Virus record (IMG/VR): IMGVR_UViG_3300042887_000598
Location: 5,921-69,920 of that record
Source of the DNA: a virus
Length of the DNA: 64,000 nt
Direction: 5' to 3' (one strand)
Both the position numbers and the translations under genes were made by a program. The notes beneath the pieces were generated by a model, which searched no databases, had not been told where the DNA came from, and saw only the letters and a list, made by a program, of their open reading frames with translations. Positions 57,234-64,000 of this stretch are shown here, one piece after another. How positions within the stretch are numbered: the stretch's first letter is position 1; every line of letters begins with the position of its first letter.

Positions 57234-58190
57234 ATGGCAGAACTCGATAAAACCGAATTCACCTTCCCCGACGAGGTGGAGGAAAAACAATCTCGCGCTG
57301 ATTCAAAGGTCGTAGAGGCCGAGCCAGAAGTTGAGATTGTTGACGATACTCCGGAGCAAGACCGTGGCCGCACGCCGATGGAAGACCCTCCAAGGGACGT
57401 AAGCGACGAAGAGCTTGCAAAGTACGACGAGGGTGTGCGCAAGCGCATTCAGCACTTCACCAAGGGCTACCACGAAGAACGCAGAGCCAAAGAAGCGGCC
57501 TTGCGCGAGCGAGAGGAAGCTGTGCGACTGGCCCAGCAGGTTGTCGAAGAGAACAAAAAACTTAAAGGCTCCCTGCACCAAGGCCAAAGCGCTCTTCTTG
57601 AACAAGCCAAGAAGGTTGTGGCTAACGAGATGGAGCAGGCCAAGCGCCGCTTTAAGGAAGCCTACGAAAGTGGAGACGCCGAAGCTCTAACCGCTGCTCA
57701 AGAAGAGATGACAGCGGTGAAGATGAAAGCCGAGCGCGTTAATAATTTTCGGCCAACACCTGTACAAAACGACGAAAAACAGGTACAAATACCTACCGCT
57801 GAACCAGTTCTGCCCAAACTTGATGCGAAAACTCAGGAATGGACAGAGAAAAATACATGGTTCGGCACTGACGACGAAATGACCAGCTTTGCATTGGGAT
57901 TCCACAACAAGCTGGCTAAATCTGGAATCACGCCGTCATCGAAGGAATACTACGAGCGCATCGACGCTCGTATGAGACAGGTCTTTCCGGATGCATTCGA
58001 GTCCGGTGAGGTCGAAGTTTCGGAGGATGCGACTCCTTCTCCGAAGAAATCGAATGTTGTTGCACCAGCGACACGCAGCACAGCGCCTAAAAAAATCGTG
58101 CTGACAAAGACGCAGGTGGAACTCGCTAAGCGGTTGGGACTGACAAATGAGCAGTACGCCCGTGCAGTTGCGGCAGAAATGAGGAAATGA
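57234..58190 (+). CDS. capsid scaffolding protein
   Basis: Acidic N-terminus, long coiled coil, C-terminal LTKTQVELAKRLGLT.EQYA. Confidence 0.7.
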   Translation: MAELDKTEFTFPDEVEEKQSRADSKVVEAEPEVEIVDDTPEQDRGRTPMEDPPRDVSDEELAKYDEGVRKRIQHFTKGYHEERRAKEAALREREEAVRLAQQVVEENKKLKGSLHQGQSALLEQAKKVVANEMEQAKRRFKEAYESGDAEALTAAQEEMTAVKMKAERVNNFRPTPVQNDEKQVQIPTAEPVLPKLDAKTQEWTEKNTWFGTDDEMTSFALGFHNKLAKSGITPSSKEYYERIDARMRQVFPDAFESGEVEVSEDATPSPKKSNVVAPATRSTAPKKIVLTKTQVELAKRLGLTNEQYARAVAAEMRK

Positions 58191-58654
58191 AAATGGCTAA
58201 AACAGAACTTGACAACCGCGAGCCTCGTGCTCTGCAAATGCGTGACTCTACCGAGCGTCCAAAAAAATGGATGCCACCCCAGCTTTTGCCTGATCCGACA
58301 CCGGAGCCGGGTTACGCTTACCGCTGGATTCGGATTGCCACGCTTGGCAAGGATGATGCCATGAACATTTCCGGCAAATGGCGAGAGGGCTGGGAACCCG
58401 TTAAGGCATCAGATCACCCAGAGATTCGCTTGTTCAGTGGTGGCAAAAACCATTACGAGGACAGCATCGAGGTTGGTGGCTTGTTGCTTTGCAAAACACC
58501 TGTGGAGTTTACTGAGCAGCGGAATGCGTATTACGCCCAACAGGCAGAAGCGCAAATGCAATCAGTGGACAACACCTACATGCGTGAAAATGATCCTCGT
58601 ATGCCGCTTTTTAAAGAGCGGAGCACGAAGGTTACTTTCGGCAAAGGCACTTAA
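58187..58654 (+). CDS. conserved head-module protein
   Basis: WMPPQLLP...YRWIR...REGWEPV...GGLLLCK. Confidence 0.7.
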   Translation: MKMAKTELDNREPRALQMRDSTERPKKWMPPQLLPDPTPEPGYAYRWIRIATLGKDDAMNISGKWREGWEPVKASDHPEIRLFSGGKNHYEDSIEVGGLLLCKTPVEFTEQRNAYYAQQAEAQMQSVDNTYMRENDPRMPLFKERSTKVTFGKGT

Positions 58655-58672
58655 CTTTTTTGGAGTCTCAAA

Positions 58673-59269
58673 ATGACTTATCCCGCTGTTACAGCACCAT
58701 ACGGCCTTCAGCCTGTCAATCGTATTGACGGCATGGCTTATGCTGGTGCAATCCGTCAGATTCCCGTAGCTGCTGGCTTCGGCACCGCCATTTTTGATGG
58801 CGATACCGTGGTCATCAACAGCGACGGTTTTCTTGTTAAATCCACCACAACCGACTCCGGCAACATTGTTGGCGTGTGTCTCGGCGGACAGTACGTAAAC
58901 TCGAGCGGCCAAACCGTTCAAGGTCAGTTCATCCCCGCTTTGGCATCTACTGCAAGCAACCTTGCTTTGGCTTACGTTGTTGATGACCCAATGGCTTTGT
59001 TCAAGGTTGCTGTTGTGACCTCTGGTACAACTATGGGCACCGCTGGTCGTACTGTTGTTGGCTCGAACCTCCCATTGGTTCTGAACGCCGGCAGCACCAC
59101 CACTGGTAACTCTGCCTTTGCCGTCACTTTGACTGGCGCTGGCACAACTGCCACCATCCCTGTGCGCGTAATCGACGTGGTTCCTGAAACCGCTACTGGT
59201 GCTGACGCATTCCGTGAACTGTTGGTGAAAATCAACACTCACCAATACAACAACACCACTGGTGTCTAA
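58673..59269 (+). CDS. putative head decoration/cement protein
   Basis: APYGLQPV...AIFDGD...VVDDP; directly upstream of the major capsid gene. Confidence 0.6.
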   Translation: MTYPAVTAPYGLQPVNRIDGMAYAGAIRQIPVAAGFGTAIFDGDTVVINSDGFLVKSTTTDSGNIVGVCLGGQYVNSSGQTVQGQFIPALASTASNLALAYVVDDPMALFKVAVVTSGTTMGTAGRTVVGSNLPLVLNAGSTTTGNSAFAVTLTGAGTTATIPVRVIDVVPETATGADAFRELLVKINTHQYNNTTGV

Positions 59270-59279
59270 GGAGTAAATC

Positions 59280-60185
59280 ATGGCTATTTCACGCGCACAA
59301 CTGCTGAAAGAACTCCTCCCCGGCTTGAACGCTTTGTTCGGTTTGGAGTACGCTAAATACGGCGAGCAGCACAAGGAAATCTACGAGACCGAAACTTCTG
59401 AGCGTAGCTTTGAAGAAGAAGTTAAGTTGTCCGGCTTCTCCGCAGCTCCTGTCAAAAACGAAGGCGCAGCCATCGCTTATGACAATGCTCAGGAAGCTTT
59501 CACCGCTCGCTACACCCACGAGACCATCGCTTTGGGCTTCTCCATCACTGAAGAAGCTATCGAAGACAACCTGTATGACAGCTTGTCCAGCCGATACACC
59601 AAAGCTCTGGCCCGTGGTATGGCTTACACCAAGCAGGTTAAAGCTGCTGCAATCCTGAACACCGGTTTCACCGGCCCCACCTATGGTGACGGCGTGACCT
59701 TGTTCTCGACTGCACACCCACTGATCTCTGGTGGCGTCAACAGCAACCGTCCTGCCACAGCAGCCGACTTGAACGAGACTTCGTTGGAAAACGCCGTCAT
59801 TCAAATCGCAGCTTGGACAGACGAACGTGGCCTGTTGATCGCAGCTAAGCCAAAGAAGCTGGTGGTTCCTCCATCGCTGCAATTCGTTGCAACTCGCTTG
59901 TTGGAAACTGAGCTCCGCGTTGGCACTGCCGACAACGACATCAACGCCATCAAGAACAACGGTTCCATCCCCGGTGGTTACACAGTCAACAACTTCTTGA
60001 CTGACACCAACGCTTGGTTCCTGTTGACTGATGTGCCTAACGGTCTGAAGCACTTCGTCCGCTCGCCTTTGGCGAACTCTATGGACGGCGACTTCGACAC
60101 CGGCAACGTGCGTTACAAGGCCCGTGAGCGTTACAGCTTCGGCGTCTCTGACCCACTGGGCGTGTTCGGTTCTCCCGGCGCTTAA
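59280..60185 (+). CDS. major capsid protein
   Basis: MAISRAQLLKELLPGLNALFGLEY...DFDTGNVRYKARERYSFG; biased codon use; followed by a terminator. Confidence 0.9.
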   Translation: MAISRAQLLKELLPGLNALFGLEYAKYGEQHKEIYETETSERSFEEEVKLSGFSAAPVKNEGAAIAYDNAQEAFTARYTHETIALGFSITEEAIEDNLYDSLSSRYTKALARGMAYTKQVKAAAILNTGFTGPTYGDGVTLFSTAHPLISGGVNSNRPATAADLNETSLENAVIQIAAWTDERGLLIAAKPKKLVVPPSLQFVATRLLETELRVGTADNDINAIKNNGSIPGGYTVNNFLTDTNAWFLLTDVPNGLKHFVRSPLANSMDGDFDTGNVRYKARERYSFGVSDPLGVFGSPGA

Positions 60186-60202
60186 TCCTTCGGGATTATT
60201 TG

Positions 60203-60231
60203 AAAAGGCCCCTTGTGGGGCCTTTTCTTTT
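60203..60231 (+). terminator. rho-independent terminator after the capsid gene
   Basis: AAAAGGCCCC-ttgt-GGGGCCTTTT followed by CTTTT. Confidence 0.85.
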
Positions 60232-60250
60232 GCTGTATATTTTGTTTAAA

Positions 60251-60323
60251 CCCGGACTATCCGGCGTATCTGACGGCTCCGGGCCGACGTCATGCAGACA
60301 GATACGCCTTAACCGCATGAGGA
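60251..60323 (+). ncRNA. putative multi-pseudoknot leader RNA
   Basis: Three interleaved perfect helices (6, 10 and 6 bp); the last overlaps the GAGGA RBS. Confidence 0.45.
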
Positions 60324-60330
60324 AATTATC

Positions 60331-60864
60331 ATGGCTCAGACTACTTTCCAAGGCCCAGTCCGTTCTTTGGCTGGCTTCTATACCCAAGGCCCCGCTTCCG
60401 TGGTGAACTTGGCTAACGGCACCAACACAGTGACTCTGGATGTCGCCTCTTACGCTGGCAAGACTATCCGTACCAATGACGCTACATTGGTTATCACGCT
60501 GCCCACCATCAACACATCAGCCAACTCTGTGACTTCTGGCCCCGGCCAAGACCCCAACACAGCGAACAACGTGGGCACCAGCTACACGTTCGTGATTGAG
60601 ACTGCTGCTACTGCGTGGGCCTTGAAAACTGACGGCACCGACAAATTTGTTGGCTCCATGATCATGGTTGACACCGATAGCTCCGGCGCAGTGACGGCTT
60701 TTGCCCCTAGCGCAACCAATGATGTTATCAACTTGGACGGCTCGACCACTGGCGGCATTGCTGGCTCAACCATCACTGTTACCGTGTTGGCTGCCAACAA
60801 GTACATGGTCACTGGCGTGCTGTTGGCCTCTGGCTCTGTTGTCACGCCTTTTGCTGACGCTTAA
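60331..60864 (+). CDS. virion structural protein (head fibre/decoration-like)
   Basis: MAQTTFQGPVRS N-terminus; Thr/Gly-rich beta protein ending TPFADA. Confidence 0.65.
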   Translation: MAQTTFQGPVRSLAGFYTQGPASVVNLANGTNTVTLDVASYAGKTIRTNDATLVITLPTINTSANSVTSGPGQDPNTANNVGTSYTFVIETAATAWALKTDGTDKFVGSMIMVDTDSSGAVTAFAPSATNDVINLDGSTTGGIAGSTITVTVLAANKYMVTGVLLASGSVVTPFADA

Positions 60865-60906
60865 TCAACTCAGGGGCTCCGGCCCCTGTTTTACAGGAGA
60901 TTGATT

Positions 60907-61197
60907 ATGGCAATGCAAGGCGATGTATCGTCAACGCACCGGAACTCAACCGGCACAGTTTATGCCGGTCGAACACGGGTTAAAGGTTTTTCAATTTGCG
61001 CAGTAGCCAGTCAAACTGGCACTTTGCTTTTGAGAAACGGCGGAGCTTCTGGACCAGTGTTGATTGAGATTGACATTCCGTCTAACTCAAACCCCAACTC
61101 GTTTTATGTGGCAATTCCGCAGCAAGGCGTTTTGTTTACAACAGACGTCTATGCCACAATCACCAACATTGCATCAGTGACGGTGTTTTATGGCTGA
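60907..61197 (+). CDS. small virion protein
   Basis: GRTRVKG...IPQQGVLF...VTVFYG; AGGAG RBS. Confidence 0.65.
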   Translation: MAMQGDVSSTHRNSTGTVYAGRTRVKGFSICAVASQTGTLLLRNGGASGPVLIEIDIPSNSNPNSFYVAIPQQGVLFTTDVYATITNIASVTVFYG

Positions 61198-61939
61198 AGA
61201 GACACGCCCAATGGATGTTGCAGGTCGCAAATTGATGATTGCGATCCCTGCCTACGACGGCAAGTTGAACATCAAGACTTCGTTTGCCTTGGCCGATTTA
61301 GTGGTCAAAGCTTCGCAGTTTGGTGTTCAAGTGCAACTGTCGCATCTGTCGGGCTGCTCTCTGATCACCAAGGCCAGAAACGTTCTGGTCGCAAACTTTC
61401 TAGAGTCGGACTGCACGGACTTTTTGTTCGTCGATGCCGACATCGTGGTGGACGCAGAGTCTGTGCTTCGCCTGTTGGCGCTGAGCACCGGCAAGGACAT
61501 CACAGCCGGGATGTACACCCGCCGCGCAGAAGATCGCAAGTTCTTCTTGGACATCTATATTGACGAAGCCAACACGCTTGAGTTTGACCAGCACGGCATG
61601 CTGCGGGTCGAGAACGTGGCTACAGGCTTCATGATGATTCAGCGCCATGTGCTGGAGAAGATGGTCGCCTCGCACCCCGAGTGGACGTACTTCAACGACT
61701 TCTACAATCGCAACGAGAGCGCCTTGTTTGACTTTGAGTTGCACAATGGGCAGTACGTTGGCGAGGACTACACCTTCTGCAAACGCGCACGCGCAGATGG
61801 TTTCACGGTCTTTGTTGACCCAGAGATCACCTTGCCGCACGTTGGTTCTCAAGAGTACCACCGCAGCTTCAAAGAGTCCGTGTTGATGCCGCTGATCGAG
61901 CAGCACTGCACACCCAAACTGAAAGTCGTCAATGGCTAA
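61190..61939 (+). CDS. GT-A fold glycosyltransferase-like protein
   Basis: IAIPAY, SLITKARN, FLFVDADI (DxD), ATGFMMI.R, GEDYTFC, LPHVG. Confidence 0.75.
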   Translation: MAEETRPMDVAGRKLMIAIPAYDGKLNIKTSFALADLVVKASQFGVQVQLSHLSGCSLITKARNVLVANFLESDCTDFLFVDADIVVDAESVLRLLALSTGKDITAGMYTRRAEDRKFFLDIYIDEANTLEFDQHGMLRVENVATGFMMIQRHVLEKMVASHPEWTYFNDFYNRNESALFDFELHNGQYVGEDYTFCKRARADGFTVFVDPEITLPHVGSQEYHRSFKESVLMPLIEQHCTPKLKVVNG

Positions 61940-62186
61940 GAAGACCCCATCACTTGCAGTCGGTCGTGGCGAGAAGTTGCCCGTCTCCAAGGGAGCTGGG
62001 TTGACAGCTAAGGGCCGCGCCGTGTACAACAAAGCGACCGGCAGCAACCTCAAAGCCCCCCAACCCCAAGGCGGTAAGCGCAAGGACTCGTTCTGCGCAC
62101 GCATGTCAGGTATGCCCGGTCCGATGAAAGACGAAAAGGGAAAGCCCACCCGCAAGGCGGCTTCTCTTGCAAGGTGGAAGTGCTGA
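61932..62186 (+). CDS. small basic protein
   Basis: GLTAKGRA.YN..TGSNLKAP...SFCARM...RWKC. Confidence 0.7.
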   Translation: MAKKTPSLAVGRGEKLPVSKGAGLTAKGRAVYNKATGSNLKAPQPQGGKRKDSFCARMSGMPGPMKDEKGKPTRKAASLARWKC

Positions 62187-62187
62187 T

Positions 62188-62436
62188 ATGGAACTGATGG
62201 CTTGGAACGTACTGCTGTCGTTTACTTCGGCTGCATTGCTATTTTGGGTGAAGGTGTCTCACGACGAGGTAAAGCGCGTCAGCATCTTGCTGAGCAAGAC
62301 CCGCGAAGAGAACGCCGAAAAGTATGTGACCAAAGCTGATGTGCATAGCGACATCAATCGTGTTCTGGCTCGACTGGATCGTCTTGAGGGCAAGATTGAT
62401 GACTTTATGAAGGAGCAGCGCAGTGCCCTCAGTTAG
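62188..62436 (+). CDS. TM plus coiled-coil small protein
   Basis: LLSKTREE...YVTK...RLDRLEGKID. Confidence 0.65.
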   Translation: MELMAWNVLLSFTSAALLFWVKVSHDEVKRVSILLSKTREENAEKYVTKADVHSDINRVLARLDRLEGKIDDFMKEQRSALS

Positions 62437-62776
62437 CAAGAAGCAACACAATTTTATGGCGGCGGTTGCAAATAACCCAGCCTTTGCCAAAAAGACAGGC
62501 GTCCCACAATCTGTGGGCAAAGAGTTCTCCAACGCGGACAAGGGCCGCAAATTTTCTAAAGGTGGCGATATGAAAAACGAAATGATGAGCAAGCTCAAAG
62601 CACACGCAGCCAAACCTGCCTCTAAAGCCCACAAAGGCTTGAAAGCCGGTGGCTCTGTTGGTACAACCAAGATGGGTGCAGTCCGCACTGCTGCTCCAAG
62701 CAAAGACGGCATTGCATCCAAGGGTAAGACCAAGGGCACAATGGTCAAAATGGCACGCGGCGGTAAAGCCTGCTAA
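62423..62776 (+). CDS. small basic protein with GG motifs
   Basis: MPSVSKKQHNFMAAVA; FSKGG, LKAGG, MARGG. Confidence 0.7.
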   Translation: MPSVSKKQHNFMAAVANNPAFAKKTGVPQSVGKEFSNADKGRKFSKGGDMKNEMMSKLKAHAAKPASKAHKGLKAGGSVGTTKMGAVRTAAPSKDGIASKGKTKGTMVKMARGGKAC

Positions 62777-62785
62777 GGAGTTGAT

Positions 62786-62974
62786 ATGAGTCCAGCAGAA
62801 AAAGAAGCTCGCCAGATGATGGCGGACAAAAAAGCAGCGGAAGCCGCCGAGAAAGCCTACAACGCAGCCAGCAAAACGCCTCCAGCGCCAGCGGTTCGAA
62901 AGGCTAAGGGCGGCAGCGTTACTCGTGCTGACGGTTGCGTTAGCAAGGGCCACACTCGCGGCAAGATGGTGTAA
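62786..62974 (+). CDS. small basic protein
   Basis: KAKGGSVTRADG...KGHTRGKMV; AAGGAG RBS. Confidence 0.65.
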   Translation: MSPAEKEARQMMADKKAAEAAEKAYNAASKTPPAPAVRKAKGGSVTRADGCVSKGHTRGKMV

Positions 62975-62977
62975 GCC

Positions 62978-63226
62978 ATGAGAGCCAGCCGTGGCATGGG
63001 CGCCATACTCCCCTCCAAGATGCCTTCCGGCAAGCGTAAAGCTCGCCGGGATAACACCGACTTCACACAATACGCTGAAGGCGGCGAGGTGGGTTTGTAC
63101 GCCAACATTAACGCCAAGAAAAAGCGCATAGCCGCTGGTTCTGGTGAGAAAATGCGCAAACCCGGCACTGCTGGCGCACCAACTGCGCAGGCATTTATCC
63201 AGTCGGCCAAGACCGCAAAGAAGTAA
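62978..63226 (+). CDS. small basic protein
   Basis: MRASRGMG; YAEGGEVGLYANINAK. Confidence 0.65.
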   Translation: MRASRGMGAILPSKMPSGKRKARRDNTDFTQYAEGGEVGLYANINAKKKRIAAGSGEKMRKPGTAGAPTAQAFIQSAKTAKK

Positions 63227-63229
63227 ATC

Positions 63230-63934
63230 ATGGCAACATCAAACACCACTGCGTTCAACATGGACCTCACGGAGATCGTGGAGGAAGCGTTTGAACGCGC
63301 TGGTGGTGAGTTGCGCACTGGTTACGACCTGCGGACAGCCAGCCGGTCTTTGAACTTGATGTTCTCGCAGTGGGCCAACAAAGGCCTGAACATGTTTACG
63401 TATGAGCAGGGGCTGATCAATTTAATCCCCGGCCAAGCAACGTACAACCTTCCTGCTGACACGGTAGACCTTCTGGAGCACGTCATCCGCACGGGCGCTG
63501 GAAACTCCTCAACCCAAGCAGACCTGACCATTACCCGGATCAGCGTCTCCACCTACGCCACAATTCCAAACAAGCTGCAGCAAGCTCGTCCGATTCAGGT
63601 GTGGATTGAGCGTTTGACCGATGCGCCGCGTATTACTGTGTGGCCCGTACCAGACAACTCACAGCCGTATGTGTTTGTGTATTGGCGTCTGCGCCGCATC
63701 CAAGATGCTGGCACTGGTGTAAACACAATGGACATGCCTTTCCGCTTCTATGAGGCGATGACGGCTGGCTTGGCTTACCACCTTGCCTTGAAGATTCCCG
63801 GATCAATGGATCGTCTGCCAATCTTGAAGCAGCAGTACGACGAAGCGTGGGACCTTGCCTCTTCCGAAGACCGCGAGAAGGCTTCTGTCAGGTTTGTCCC
63901 GCGTCCAATGCATATTGGAAACGGTGGCTACTAA
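63230..63934 (+). CDS. putative head-tail adaptor
   Basis: EIVEEAFERAG...TASRSLNL...WAN.G...IPNK...RP...WPVPD...GLAYHLA. Confidence 0.65.
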   Translation: MATSNTTAFNMDLTEIVEEAFERAGGELRTGYDLRTASRSLNLMFSQWANKGLNMFTYEQGLINLIPGQATYNLPADTVDLLEHVIRTGAGNSSTQADLTITRISVSTYATIPNKLQQARPIQVWIERLTDAPRITVWPVPDNSQPYVFVYWRLRRIQDAGTGVNTMDMPFRFYEAMTAGLAYHLALKIPGSMDRLPILKQQYDEAWDLASSEDREKASVRFVPRPMHIGNGGY

Positions 63935-64000
63935 TGTCAAACCGGTTTGCAGCGGGTCACAGAGCGATTGCCATGTGCGACCGCTGTGGTCAGCAATTCA
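63934..64000 (+). CDS. CxxC-containing protein (3'-truncated)
   Basis: MSNRFAAGHRAIAMCDRCGQQF; TAATG overlap with the upstream stop. Confidence 0.55.
   Translation, partial: MSNRFAAGHRAIAMCDRCGQQF

Overview
The window holds most of a tailed dsDNA phage genome with podovirus-like (P22/N4-type) gene order. A freshwater betaproteobacterial host is plausible but only inferred. Layout: tail fibres, lysis genes and large ejection/polyvalent proteins (1-29.8 kb, +); recombination and accessory operon (29.8-37.3 kb, -); structured non-coding RNAs (37.3-39 kb); small accessory genes; ParB-like, helicase and primase genes (43-47.6 kb, +); early small genes (-); terminase, portal, scaffold and capsid genes (51.3-64 kb, +). 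No integrase, reverse transcriptase or canonical CRISPR array was seen. The main finding lies at 36.2-37.9 kb on the minus strand. A sigma70-type promoter precedes a non-coding array of five units, each a strict 5-nt-period tract (GGC/GGA/GGT/GCA/GAC triplet plus a variable dinucleotide) followed by three hairpins. The array sits directly upstream of a stand-alone Cas7/RAMP-like gene and a coupled partner gene. Read as codon positions 1-2 with the wobble base skipped, the dinucleotides spell protein motifs absent from this phage: TIVVYKIDRL and YYRLST (serine-recombinase motifs) and LPKKVEWDPEKLEAL. This suggests a gapped-code RNA-guided system against competing mobile elements, like the VIPR systems as I recall them. 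Other highlights are a helicase intein with its HNH nuclease in a nested +1 frame, C4-like RNAs, a chained-pseudoknot leader after the capsid gene, and a recurring double-glycine motif in virion proteins.
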